A stretch of 59,847 nucleotides of DNA from Patescibacteria group bacterium (lineage in GTDB: Bacteria > Patescibacteriota > Minisyncoccia > Phycocordibacterales > JACZSL01), in NCBI GenBank assembly GCA_022561335.1, contig JADFRL010000001.1, forward strand, positions 1 to 59,847, given 5' to 3'. A model generated the notes under the pieces. That model was given only the letters and a program-made list of their open reading frames with translations, ran no database searches and had not been told where the DNA came from. The stretch's first letter is position 1. Every line of letters starts with the position of its first letter. This document shows, piece by piece, positions 39,011-48,942 of the stretch. Both the position numbers and the translations under genes were made by a program.

Positions 39011-39078
39011 GGACGGGACTCGAACCCGCAACTTCTGCCGTGACAGGGCAGTGCTCTATCCAATTGAACTACCGCCGC
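39005..39078 (-). tRNA. tRNA-Asp (GTC)
   Basis: GCGGCGG/CCGCCGC acceptor stem; CTGCC-CTGTCAC-GGCAG anticodon arm. Confidence 0.95.
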
Positions 39079-39141
39079 ATTTTTATATTATACAGAAATA
39101 ACGTTATTAATCACGTAATTAATGACGTTATTTCAATCATG

Positions 39142-39215
39142 TGCCGGGAGTGAGAATTGAACTCACGACCTCAGGTTTATGAGTCCTGTGCTCTAACCAA
39201 CTGAGCTACCCCGGC
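39142..39215 (-). tRNA. tRNA-Met (CAT), probably elongator (Ile2 not excluded)
   Basis: GCCGGGG/TCCCGGC acceptor stem; CTCATAA loop. Confidence 0.9.
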
Positions 39216-39299
39216 GAAAGTAAAACTAAAAATAGCATTTCTACGGTGGTAATTCAACAACAAAGGAACACATGAAGCACCCCCTCGCCGCTTCGCTTA

Positions 39300-39340
39300 T
39301 TGCGGGGCCGGGAATTGAACCCAGGTCTGGAGGTTATGAG
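39300..39340 (-). repeat. Duplicated 3' half of initiator tRNA-Met (att site)
   Basis: 38/41 identical to 50234-50274; identity ends at the anticodon loop. Confidence 0.9.
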
Positions 39341-39677
39341 TCTGATTGAGGAGTAACAGAAAAGTAGTCAAAAGACATTGGGAAATAAGAACATGTGTAT
39401 CTACTGAGCCGCTGTTTGTTTTTTGAGAACTTTCCAGTTGTACTCAGCAGATGTCAGATTTAGTCACTTTTTATCACTTTTTGGGCAACCTGTGGGCGAC
39501 GCTTTAGGTTATGCTCGTCTAAATTATTATTGGAAAGAGCAATATAAGAAGAGTGATAAATTTAAGTGGATGTGATTTTATCCACAGAGTTGGCGAATCC
39601 TAGTTACAAACTACTCATATGCAAAAGGTGTAATGCAAAGCTATACTCCAAACTATATATAGGACTAGTTGTGCATT

Positions 39678-40244
39678 TTAACGAGAAATTGATATCTCCG
39701 TGGAATTCTCTGATTCACAAGCCCGTACGTGGAGAATTCCTGTGGTTTCGCGCTCCAATGTATAACCTGTACCTTCCTCACCTGCCGTATCTCCATCATC
39801 CCAAGTTACTGCACCAGTCGGGCTAATTGGTATAGAACCAAGGTATCCCTCGGTTATCATACCGGACAGGTTTACACAATCTGTGTCTCCCGTGACATTT
39901 GTATCACAACTTGCGTTATTGTCGTCACATCCAGCCACCATGCTTGCACCGTTTACAATCATATAGACATTTCCTGCTGTCATACTTGAGATTGTAGAGA
40001 GGTATGAGCCACCGTTATCTACTTGGTCAATTTTAATGGCAGAAAGAACAGCGGTAACATCAGACCAACGCGACGAGTCACGTGCATCTTGAAACCGCTT
40101 TAATGGGTCAAGGGCCACAAAAACAACAGACGCCAATATTGCTATAATAGCCATCACAATAAGAAGCTCAATGAGTGTAAACCCAGCCCTTCTCTTCTTC
40201 ACATCAAAAGAAACGCTGGGTAAGCTGCCCCACCTTTTTCCCAT
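39678..40244 (-). CDS. Type IV pilin (GspG/PilA-like)
   Basis: GFTLIELLIVMAIIAILA class III signal peptide; QDARDSSR. Confidence 0.9.
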   Translation of the reverse strand: MGKRWGSLPSVSFDVKKRRAGFTLIELLIVMAIIAILASVVFVALDPLKRFQDARDSSRWSDVTAVLSAIKIDQVDNGGSYLSTISSMTAGNVYMIVNGASMVAGCDDNNASCDTNVTGDTDCVNLSGMITEGYLGSIPISPTGAVTWDDGDTAGEEGTGYTLERETTGILHVRACESENSTEISISR

Positions 40245-40272
40245 AATAACGTTACTAGTTAATTACAGAACT

Positions 40273-40764
40273 CTACCTGGTGATAAATATAGCTCCGCTC
40301 CCTTCCGCATCACAAGCGCCTACTTCAACAAAACCATCACTTGATTTGTAAAGATAATAGTCGGTTTCCGCAGCTGTTCCTGTACTAGGATCGACTGGAA
40401 TGCTCCCTATATAACCTTCTGTCACTAAGCCGGAGAGATCCAAGCAAGCCGCAAGAGTTGTTGTGGCCGTGCAACCAGAATCACACCCAGATACAGCAGT
40501 ACCAAGCTGATGGGTTCCGTCGGCAGCACCGTTAAGAGCAGAAATATAGGTTCCACCATTATCTACTTGATCAACTATAATTGCTCCAACCATCGATGAA
40601 ACGTCTTGCCAACGAGTTGCGTCCCTTGCATCTTGAAAGCGTGTTAATGGATCAAGGGCCACAAAGACAACGGCTGCCAAAATGGCAATAATAGCAATAA
40701 CAATCAAAAGCTCGATCAGGGTAAACCCTCTGTTCGTATTATTCTTTATTTTGTCAAGATTCAT
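40273..40764 (-). CDS. Type IV pilin (GspG/PilA-like), paralog of the adjacent pilin
   Basis: GFTLIELLIVIAIIAILA; YIGSIPVDP. Confidence 0.9.
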   Translation of the reverse strand: MNLDKIKNNTNRGFTLIELLIVIAIIAILAAVVFVALDPLTRFQDARDATRWQDVSSMVGAIIVDQVDNGGTYISALNGAADGTHQLGTAVSGCDSGCTATTTLAACLDLSGLVTEGYIGSIPVDPSTGTAAETDYYLYKSSDGFVEVGACDAEGSGAIFITR

Positions 40765-41029
40765 AATGCTTAATATTTAAAATACTTTCAGCCTTATAAT
40801 TTTTATATTATATCATTCATCAAGCTCCTATAATAGAGAATAGATACCTCCCACAGGGGATAGCGCTGCCATCTTAAAATTGTCCACATCTGGACCATTT
40901 CTAAAAATAAATCAACTTCGGAGGTACACGGCTCGTATTTAGTTTTATTAAGATTAGGTTTTCGCTAGAGCCACTGCTGATTTTAACTATTCACGCTGAG
41001 AATGAATCTTTGCTTTATATCTGGCTCGC

Positions 41030-42259
41030 TTATTGCTCATATATTATGGGTTTATCGTACCAAAATGAGACAGAAAGTATTAAAGTTATCACTAAGAGTA
41101 GAGCCGTCAAAACAATTTCTTTACGATAAGTTTTTATCCAATTTTGAACCTTAAAAGGAGGCCTTACTTTTCCATCTTGCACAACGCTCGTGAGGGGCTC
41201 TGCCCGAGAAGTGCTCGAGAATCCGAGAGAAAAGGTCGGTTGATCGTTCCATCTACTTTCAAGATTCCGGAGTGCAAGGCCTATCGACTCAAGGTAAAGC
41301 AGCCCATCATCCTCAGACATTATTATGACTGGTTTTCCGAGACGTGCAGGAATATTTAGATTGACATTAAAATACTCTGGGAGTCCAGAAAGGAGACTCG
41401 AACCACCTACAAGAATGAGCTCCTTTACACTACTTTCTGTTTGGGACTTCAAATATGAAAAGGCAGTATTGCTCTCCATAACAATTATCTCTAAAACTTT
41501 AACTAAGGCATTGCAAACTTTCTCTCCTGGTTTCGTAAGTCCTTCCTTCCTTTTCTCCTCCTCTGCCTTATTTAGATCCTTAACAGAAAGTGCTCGTGCA
41601 ACTTCCGCCGTCATAGCATCACCTCCAATATTAAGCGTGTGCGAATATCGTATACCCGCTTCATCAAAAATATTTATATTTGTTGTAACGGATCCCAAAT
41701 CTATGATGCAGACTGGCAACTTGACTTGCTTGCTAAATATCCCTCTGTAAATAGCCAACGCTTCAATATCAAATGCGTCTATTTTTATATTGGCAGTTCT
41801 AAAAAAATCTTGCCAGGTAACAAAGGCTTTCCTGCTAATGGCAACAAGAAAAATTTCTGCTTTATCCCCATTCTCACTTATTATCTGGTATGAATAAATC
41901 AGGTCATCCGAGGGTAGTGGAATATGGCTTTGGGCTTCTTCAGATATGAGACCCAATCTCTTTTCTTTTTCATGCGGACCTATTGAAAAGACGTGCGTAT
42001 AGACCAAGGACCCTGGTAATCCAAAGATTACCCCGGCAGGTTTAATGGGTTGAGGTTGGGCGTTTTCAAATAAAGACTTCAGAACTTCTGTGAGCCTGTC
42101 TGCATTTTTAATCTCCCCACGCTCAACCACACCAGGTGCCAATTGAGTTCTGCCAGTGCTTGTAACATTTATTTTAGTGCCCTCTTTAGTCAGTTCAACA
42201 ACCTCAATGGTGTGATCAGCTATATCAAGACCTATCGCTTTTTTGTTAAAAATTTTCAT
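41030..42259 (-). CDS. pilM: Type IV pilus assembly protein PilM with C-terminal TM segment
   Basis: IGLDIAD, IIDLGSVTT, IGGDAMT, LVGGSS and SIGLALR (actin-like fold). Confidence 0.88.
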   Translation of the reverse strand: MKIFNKKAIGLDIADHTIEVVELTKEGTKINVTSTGRTQLAPGVVERGEIKNADRLTEVLKSLFENAQPQPIKPAGVIFGLPGSLVYTHVFSIGPHEKEKRLGLISEEAQSHIPLPSDDLIYSYQIISENGDKAEIFLVAISRKAFVTWQDFFRTANIKIDAFDIEALAIYRGIFSKQVKLPVCIIDLGSVTTNINIFDEAGIRYSHTLNIGGDAMTAEVARALSVKDLNKAEEEKRKEGLTKPGEKVCNALVKVLEIIVMESNTAFSYLKSQTESSVKELILVGGSSLLSGLPEYFNVNLNIPARLGKPVIIMSEDDGLLYLESIGLALRNLESRWNDQPTFSLGFSSTSRAEPLTSVVQDGKVRPPFKVQNWIKTYRKEIVLTALLLVITLILSVSFWYDKPIIYEQ

Positions 42260-42265
42260 AAATAT

Positions 42266-42679
42266 TTAATCGCTTTTTTCCTCCCATGAAATAAGCGTGA
42301 TGTCATTTCCAGAAAGTGTAATGTTCGTCTCAATCTTTCCATAATAATTGTCTGTCGTGCTTGCTGTCACAGTTATTTCTCTATTGCTGCCACTAGGTAC
42401 AACACTTATTATACATGACCCATTTTCTGTTGTTACATTACCCCCACTGTAATTAGTGTCCAGAATAATTCTACGCAAAGCTTCATCAGTACAACCATCA
42501 GCTATTGAAAAAGCTTCCTCTCCACGAGATTCCACATATCCTTGGTCAAGCTCTCCCAAGCCCAAAATAGAGCTCGACAAGGCCATAATTAAAGCCGCAG
42601 CTCCTACTATTACGATGGTCAATAGAGCCACAATACCTCTATTGTCTGAGACTAATCGATGTTTGGGCATTTTGTTCAT
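42266..42679 (-). CDS. Minor pilin (PilX-like)
   Basis: RGIVALLTIVIV lacking Glu5; AFSIADGC.DEAL; C-terminal SWEE. Confidence 0.78.
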   Translation of the reverse strand: MNKMPKHRLVSDNRGIVALLTIVIVGAAALIMALSSSILGLGELDQGYVESRGEEAFSIADGCTDEALRRIILDTNYSGGNVTTENGSCIISVVPSGSNREITVTASTTDNYYGKIETNITLSGNDITLISWEEKSD

Positions 42680-43169
42680 AATTATAAACTGAACTAGCAC
42701 TTATATTATTATATTCAACCGTAATCTCTAATCGTATATTTTCTCTAGAGGTAAAATACGTTAAATCAGTGAACACAAGATTGACTACATTCACTCGATC
42801 AGATGTTACTGAAGACGTAGCATACGATCCTTCTTTTATTACAAGAGTTCCATTATCTTCATCAAGACTTATAGTTGTAGGATTTAAGGTACTTGAGGCC
42901 ATCGCAAGAGACAAAAACCCTGGATCTGTGTCAAAAATTGAGCTTCCTATGTTAATATCCTGAGCTGCTCTAATTCTTCGACGAATCATATCAAGAGCCA
43001 CCCTTGTATTAGCTTGGACTTCTTGAACAACATACGTCTTACCACGAGAATCAGATATGGAAATGCTGAAACTGATAAAACTTGAAACTACAATACCGAT
43101 AATTGAAATGTAAATAAGAGTTTCAATTAACGTAAACCCCTCACTGTTTCTTTGTGAAGATATTTTCAT
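42639..43169 (-). CDS. Minor pilin (PilW/GspJ-like)
   Basis: GFTLIETLIYISII; C-terminal QTSISLR. Confidence 0.85.
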   Translation of the reverse strand: MKISSQRNSEGFTLIETLIYISIIGIVVSSFISFSISISDSRGKTYVVQEVQANTRVALDMIRRRIRAAQDINIGSSIFDTDPGFLSLAMASSTLNPTTISLDEDNGTLVIKEGSYATSSVTSDRVNVVNLVFTDLTYFTSRENIRLEITVEYNNISASSVYNYEQNAQTSISLRQ

Positions 43170-43171
43170 AC

Positions 43172-44722
43172 TTATTGATAATTTATCCTTATTTCCTCCA
43201 TTATTGGCGTATCAGTACCATTTCCATCAATAGTCAATCTATAACGAATCCACTGGTCTCCATTGTGATCTGTGTGTATAAGTTCTCCAGAAGGATCAAT
43301 AAAATAATCAGTCACATCTCCATCTTTTCCTTCGGGGCCAGACCATTCAGCACTACTAAGCCCCGCTTGAGTAGCAGCAGTCCGAATCTGAACTCTTACA
43401 TCACAAGAGGCACCACATGCAACGTTAGTTACGCTTTCTGTCCATTCTACAATATTAAATACACTTGCGGTGCCCGTATCAAAGTCTGATGAGATATAAA
43501 ATCCGGAGGAAGCATACCCAGGAGATGCAGTAGATGGATGCACGACTATTGTACGGGTTTCCCAAGGAGCACTTTTGCTAAGTGTGAAAGCTCCAGGATC
43601 TTCACTTGAAGAAGTTGTATGAATATATGCATGCCCGCCAGTAGCACCAGCCCCTCCACCACCGGTTCTAAATTTAACTACAGTTGAATAGCCACCTGGA
43701 CCAGATCTGACAGTTCTTCTACCATCGGTATTACCATCAACAGCGATAAAAAGATAATCCTTTGGACCTCCTGTGGGCGTTATTGAGTCTGGATCAGGAG
43801 CATTACTGTCGCCTGTTGCGCCACTTGATACTTCAGGTGCTTGAATCGAAGGATTTTCGTGCCCTGTAATCTTAAGGTAGGTAGATCCAGAGCGCGAGCC
43901 AGAGGAAGAGGTAAAAGATGGAGTCTCACTCCCCACGAGCTGTTTATAGTACACGGCGCCACCACTTGAATCATACAATTCTATCCAACCTGTTGTGCCT
44001 GAGGTTTGTGTCCATGTAGATGCAATATCTCCACTTTGAAGAAAAACAATATATAAATCTCCCGATACCGGAGTCCCTGAAAGTGAAATACTAAATGCTC
44101 CTCCATTATTATCGGTTTCTGAACCTTCTGATACTACTGTCAGAGATAATTCTTGTAAGATTATTGCACCATCGGAATCACCGAGCGTAGTGGAATTTTC
44201 ACTGCTGCTAAAAGTTCCGTCAGTAAAATCGGAATTGGTGTCCTCTACCCAATATTGTGAGTCCCAGTTTGTTATATAAGCAACACGCTTTACAGTGTTA
44301 GAAATCCCCACACGCGTATTCCAGATAACTGTTACGGTTGTTTGTTTGCTATTTAAATCTGTATAACTGCCCGGGCAAATAGTTATATTGTCTGACCCAT
44401 CTCTACAAACATCATCAAAAGAAATTGTACGAGTGTATTGACCAATTGTTTCTGTAGTATCCTCTCCATTAAATATCCACCTGCCGCTGCTTGATGAAAC
44501 ACTACTCGTGCTAAATATATTTTCGTTCCACGCTCCATCGCGAATAGCACGGACCGCTTCAGTTCCCTCCTCAGCAAGTGCTGTCGCTTCGATGTATTCA
44601 CCACCCTGCTGCAACGCCACAAATCCACCTGTGGCTAGAGATGTCATAGCAGCACCGATAAGTGCAAAAATAGCTAAAGCCACTATGACTTCAAGAATTG
44701 ATTGTCCGCTGTTGTAATTCAT
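43172..44722 (-). CDS. Large minor pilin (PilV-like) with extended C-terminal domains
   Basis: GQSILEVIVALAIF and EEGTEAVRAIRD; 516 aa, Ser/Thr/Gly-rich. Confidence 0.85.
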   Translation of the reverse strand: MNYNSGQSILEVIVALAIFALIGAAMTSLATGGFVALQQGGEYIEATALAEEGTEAVRAIRDGAWNENIFSTSSVSSSSGRWIFNGEDTTETIGQYTRTISFDDVCRDGSDNITICPGSYTDLNSKQTTVTVIWNTRVGISNTVKRVAYITNWDSQYWVEDTNSDFTDGTFSSSENSTTLGDSDGAIILQELSLTVVSEGSETDNNGGAFSISLSGTPVSGDLYIVFLQSGDIASTWTQTSGTTGWIELYDSSGGAVYYKQLVGSETPSFTSSSGSRSGSTYLKITGHENPSIQAPEVSSGATGDSNAPDPDSITPTGGPKDYLFIAVDGNTDGRRTVRSGPGGYSTVVKFRTGGGGAGATGGHAYIHTTSSSEDPGAFTLSKSAPWETRTIVVHPSTASPGYASSGFYISSDFDTGTASVFNIVEWTESVTNVACGASCDVRVQIRTAATQAGLSSAEWSGPEGKDGDVTDYFIDPSGELIHTDHNGDQWIRYRLTIDGNGTDTPIMEEIRINYQ

Positions 44723-45201
44723 TGTCCAAAAATACTACCAATTCTTGTAATGGTAACCGTGCGCGCACCCTGTGCATCGTGCGTCAGAATTACTGTACCT
44801 GTAGCATTTGGACCGCCAAAACTTTTTGAAAAAGAGACTTCATCACCTGAGAGTGTCGTCGAAAGCATTATGCTCGAACTCAATGTCAGAGCTCGATCAT
44901 AGTTTGAATCTCGTGTAGCAAACGAGTCTCCTTGATAGAGAATGAAACGGTCATCTCCAGGAGCATTTATCTCAAAATATACGCCGTGCATTGAATCATT
45001 TCTACGAGCTATACTACGCTCGCGAGCTGTTCGCAGCGTTTGCACAATTTGATCCATAGAGTCATTAAGTTGGCTTGAGACTTGTAAATTACCATAGATA
45101 GGAATGGCTACAACTACCAGAGCAAGAGTAATTCCAATGACGATCAAAAGCTCAATTAATGTAAAACCACACTTACCTTTGGATATTGCCGGTAATGTCA
45201 T
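44719..45201 (-). CDS. Minor pilin (FimT/GspH-like)
   Basis: GFTLIELLIVIGI, LRTARERSI and HGVYF. Confidence 0.85.
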   Translation of the reverse strand: MTLPAISKGKCGFTLIELLIVIGITLALVVVAIPIYGNLQVSSQLNDSMDQIVQTLRTARERSIARRNDSMHGVYFEINAPGDDRFILYQGDSFATRDSNYDRALTLSSSIMLSTTLSGDEVSFSKSFGGPNATGTVILTHDAQGARTVTITRIGSIFGQ

Positions 45202-46255
45202 AAATTGGAGTTATTATGGAAAGAGCCAGAAAACCCACCACCAATCCTATGAAAAGAAGTAGTAGTGGTTCTATGGCAGTAGATAAGGCTTTGGTAGCAG
45301 TATCCACCTCATCTTCATAATATGAGGCCAAATAAAACAAGGTCTTTTCAAACTGACCCGATTCTTCCCCAACTTGAATCATTCTTGTTGCAAGTACAGG
45401 GAAAAGATTATTAAAAGTAGCTAAGTTGTCAGAGAGTTTAGAACCCGATCTGATATTACGACTCACACGTTTTAGAGCTCGAGCATAATAGAAATTACCC
45501 ACAGTATTCTCCGTAATTTCTAATGATTCATCAATACGTAAACCGCTCTTTAAAAGCATCCCCAGTGTGCGAGAAAATCGGGCTAAGTTTGCATTCATTG
45601 TAATACGTCCAATGATAGGTGTGTGCAGAAGAAACCAGTGAGTAAAGGGTTTCGTGAAGGACTGTCGTACTAACCAAATTGTAAAAGTAAAAAAGACAAT
45701 AATACTCAGGAAAAATATCAGTCCATTATTTTCTATAAAATGAGAGAATGCAATAAGGGCTTTTGTGGTTGTGGGTAACTCCACTCGCAAACCTTCAAAA
45801 AGTGGAGTGATCTTCGGTAAGATTACAAAAGAAAGAATCATACCAAGAATAAATGTCGCTATCAGTATCACAACAGGATAGACCAGTGCCCCCTTCACTT
45901 TTGCGATAAGATCTTTTTCTTTTTCCAACTGAACAGAAATGTTTTCAAGATTTCCCACCAACGTACCTGATAATTCTCCAGCTCTCGTGGCACTTACAAA
46001 TAGGCCAGAAAATATTTTAGGATATCGAGAAAAGGAGTCAGCCAAGGTGTGGCCAGACATTACAGACTCTGAAACACCTCTTAAAACACCGGAAAGTTTA
46101 CTACGTGAAGACTGTGACGCAATATCGAGCGCTTCGATTAATGGCAAACCACTGTGAAGCATAACCGATAGTTGTTTAGCAAATAGTGCCTTGTCCACCA
46201 AAGAAACTCCTCCTAATTGGATGTCTAACACACTCTTTTTCTTATATTTAAGCAT
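45173..46255 (-). CDS. pilC: Type IV pilus/T2SS platform protein (PilC/GspF)
   Basis: QLSVMLHSGLPL, AGELSGTL, ALVYP, MIQVGEESG and IEP. Confidence 0.93.
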   Translation of the reverse strand: MLKYKKKSVLDIQLGGVSLVDKALFAKQLSVMLHSGLPLIEALDIASQSSRSKLSGVLRGVSESVMSGHTLADSFSRYPKIFSGLFVSATRAGELSGTLVGNLENISVQLEKEKDLIAKVKGALVYPVVILIATFILGMILSFVILPKITPLFEGLRVELPTTTKALIAFSHFIENNGLIFFLSIIVFFTFTIWLVRQSFTKPFTHWFLLHTPIIGRITMNANLARFSRTLGMLLKSGLRIDESLEITENTVGNFYYARALKRVSRNIRSGSKLSDNLATFNNLFPVLATRMIQVGEESGQFEKTLFYLASYYEDEVDTATKALSTAIEPLLLLFIGLVVGFLALSIITPIYDITGNIQR

Positions 46256-47949
46256 TATCCTTTTGTAACCCTTAACACTTCTTCAATTGTCGTAACTCCA
46301 TTCAACACTTTCCCAATTCCATCTTCGACCATGGTTGTCATTCCGTTTTCTTTGGCTATTTTTAATATCTCGTCGCTACTAGCTCTATCGATTACTAATT
46401 GCTTAATATTTCCTCTCATAAGTAATACTTCAAAGACACCAATACGACCAATATATCCAGTACTTCCACATATTTTACAACCAGATCCCTTGAAAATCAC
46501 TAATTTATCTAGATTTCCGGCTCCTTTTGCAAGCAGTAGATTCATTGCAACGTCATTTCGTTTTACCATTTCTATCTCCTCTGAACTAAGATTGGCTGAT
46601 TTTCGACAACCCTGACAAATCTTTCTTACTAATCGCTGAGCAATTATCACATTTATAGTTGATGCTATTAAAAATGGCTCAATATCCATATCAAGTAACC
46701 TTGGCAAAGATGTGGCAGCATCATTTGCGTGTAGTGTGGAGAGAACTAGATGGCCAGTCATAGCTGAATTAGTTGCAATATCGGCCGTTTCCTTGTCACG
46801 AATCTCGCCAACCATAATAATGTCAGGGTCTTGACGAACAATGGCACGAAGTCCGTCAGCAAACATGAGATTAGTTTTCTTGTCTACCTGAATCTGGCTA
46901 ATACCCTCAATGTCATACTCGACCGGATCTTCAATTGTTGATATATGGACTTCTCTAGTGTTAAGGATTCTCAACACTGCATAGATTGTGGTTGTCTTGC
47001 CACTTCCCGTTGGACCGGTGACAAGAATCATGCCATGTGGATTATCTATGGCTTCCTGTACCTTCGATAGATCAGAGTCATTTAAACCAATATCACTTAA
47101 ATTAAACTGACGATTAGCAGCACTTAATAGCCTCAAGACAATATTTTCTCCCTCAACCACTGGTACAACAGAAACTCTAACATCGACACTACCACTACTG
47201 TCAACCTCAAAACGAAACTTACCGTCTTGTGCTGCTCGGTGTTCATCAGTGCGCATGCGCGACATAATTTTTATTCGAGTAAGAATCAGATCAAGAAGAT
47301 TATTTGGGATCTCAAGAACATCGTGCATAATTCCATCAATCCTGAAACGTATCAGTATTTTCCCCCGATGCGGTTCAATGTGTATATCAGAAGCTTTATT
47401 CTGGTAGCCATACGCAAGGAGCGTATCCACCACTTTGATAGTCATCTTGTCTCTCTCCTCTTGTGGTAAGGAAGGGTTCTTTAGCTCTTCAAGTATCTTT
47501 TCAAACTCTTCATACAAACTTGCCTTATATCTCGAGAGAACACCCTTCAAATCACGCTTCGTAATAAAATACGGAACAATATTCTCGCCCATACGTTTTT
47601 CGATGGCGTGGCGAGTCTCTATATCACCCGGCTCAATCATACCAACCTTCACACCATCTTCACTTCGACCAAATGCAACAACACCCATACGGCGCGCCAC
47701 AAGTTCTGGAATCATTTCAAAATGTGCCTCATCAAAAGCTTCGTTCCGCAAATTAACAAACGGGAAGCCTGTAATTTGTGCCAACAACTGTCCTAACTGC
47801 TCGTCTTTTATAAGATCTTCAGAAACCAAAATTTCCTCTATAGAAACACCATGTTCCTTTGCCTCATTGAGAGCCTCATTAAAATGTTCAATAGAAATGT
47901 GACCAGGACTCACCAAAATGTCTTTCAGTTTTTTCTCGTCAAAATACAT
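46255..47949 (-). CDS. pilB: Type IV pilus assembly ATPase (PilB/GspE)
   Basis: ASDIHIEP, GPTGSGKTTT, TIEDPVEY, RQDPDIIMVGEIRD and the CxxC...CxxC zinc motif. Confidence 0.95.
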   Translation of the reverse strand: MYFDEKKLKDILVSPGHISIEHFNEALNEAKEHGVSIEEILVSEDLIKDEQLGQLLAQITGFPFVNLRNEAFDEAHFEMIPELVARRMGVVAFGRSEDGVKVGMIEPGDIETRHAIEKRMGENIVPYFITKRDLKGVLSRYKASLYEEFEKILEELKNPSLPQEERDKMTIKVVDTLLAYGYQNKASDIHIEPHRGKILIRFRIDGIMHDVLEIPNNLLDLILTRIKIMSRMRTDEHRAAQDGKFRFEVDSSGSVDVRVSVVPVVEGENIVLRLLSAANRQFNLSDIGLNDSDLSKVQEAIDNPHGMILVTGPTGSGKTTTIYAVLRILNTREVHISTIEDPVEYDIEGISQIQVDKKTNLMFADGLRAIVRQDPDIIMVGEIRDKETADIATNSAMTGHLVLSTLHANDAATSLPRLLDMDIEPFLIASTINVIIAQRLVRKICQGCRKSANLSSEEIEMVKRNDVAMNLLLAKGAGNLDKLVIFKGSGCKICGSTGYIGRIGVFEVLLMRGNIKQLVIDRASSDEILKIAKENGMTTMVEDGIGKVLNGVTTIEEVLRVTKG

Positions 47950-48030
47950 ACCTTATATAAAGTATAAACCAAAATACCCCACATGGGGATACACCAAAAA
48001 AATATAATCACGTGACTCCAATGATGGAGC

Positions 48031-48423
48031 TTATGTGTTAGATTTAGCGATGTAAAACTTTACTTTCTCGATTACCTGCTTCATTGATAAATTTGATTTG
48101 ATAAGGTAATCTACAGCTCCCAGCTCCTTAGCTTTTTTAACATCTGATTCTTGACCAAGATTTGATAGCACTATAATTGGTATTTTCTTGAAAATACTAC
48201 TTAGATTTATTTCCTCAAGAACCTCAAAACCATTCATTATTGGCATAACAAGATCAAGAAGAAGCAACTGAGGAGGCTCATTAGACATCTTCTCTAGAGC
48301 TTCCTTTCCATTCGTCGCAATCGTGACTTCAAAACCAGCACGTTTTAAACCGTCCCCATAGGCACGGCTAATAAACTTATCATCTTCTACTAATAATATT
48401 TTCCGTCTAGAACTTTCTTTCAT
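48031..48423 (-). CDS. Stand-alone response regulator (receiver domain only)
   Basis: LLVEDD, LLDLVMP..NG and GAVDYLIK. Confidence 0.92.
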   Translation of the reverse strand: MKESSRRKILLVEDDKFISRAYGDGLKRAGFEVTIATNGKEALEKMSNEPPQLLLLDLVMPIMNGFEVLEEINLSSIFKKIPIIVLSNLGQESDVKKAKELGAVDYLIKSNLSMKQVIEKVKFYIAKSNT

Positions 48424-48817
48424 ACGTTACTTTTTGTGGAAAGAAAATACCATTAATCCAACCGGTCAAGTATGCAAGCGAAGTATCCGCCTTTACAAAG
48501 TAGATCATGGCCCCTGCTTGTGCCGCTTCTTTTACTTTTTCTCCTCCTCCTACATTCGTCAGCATAATAACAGGTATTTCTTTTGTCTCTATATCATCCT
48601 TTAATTTAATTAAAACAGATATGCCATCCAATTTTGGCATCAATATATCCAATAAAATTAAATCGGGATGAAATATCTTCACTTTTTCTAACGCATCTTC
48701 ACCATCAAGTGAGATACCCACATCATAACCGGCTCTCATGAAATGATCTTTGTATGCCCGTACAAGTGTTTCGTCATCTTCGATGAGTAGAATTTTTAGT
48801 TTATTATTTTCAGACAT
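48407..48817 (-). CDS. Stand-alone response regulator (receiver domain only)
   Basis: LLIEDD, LLDILMPKLDG and IPVIMLTN. Confidence 0.9.
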   Translation of the reverse strand: MSENNKLKILLIEDDETLVRAYKDHFMRAGYDVGISLDGEDALEKVKIFHPDLILLDILMPKLDGISVLIKLKDDIETKEIPVIMLTNVGGGEKVKEAAQAGAMIYFVKADTSLAYLTGWINGIFFPQKVTYERKF

Positions 48818-48942
48818 AGGGATGATCGTTGAGCATAAAGCAAACTGCAATGTATATGCTTCTTTTGCTAGATCTTGCTTAGCATTATAATCATCTCGAC
48901 CTCTTCCATTGCAATTAGTATATTATATATATAGTCAAACAA

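Noticed and set aside
37234..39022. Repeats as a CRISPR array
   Set aside because: Only two long copies separated by a gene; no regular repeat-spacer period and no cas genes.
39300..39340. Additional tRNA-Met gene
   Set aside because: Only the 3' half is present; treated as an att duplicate.
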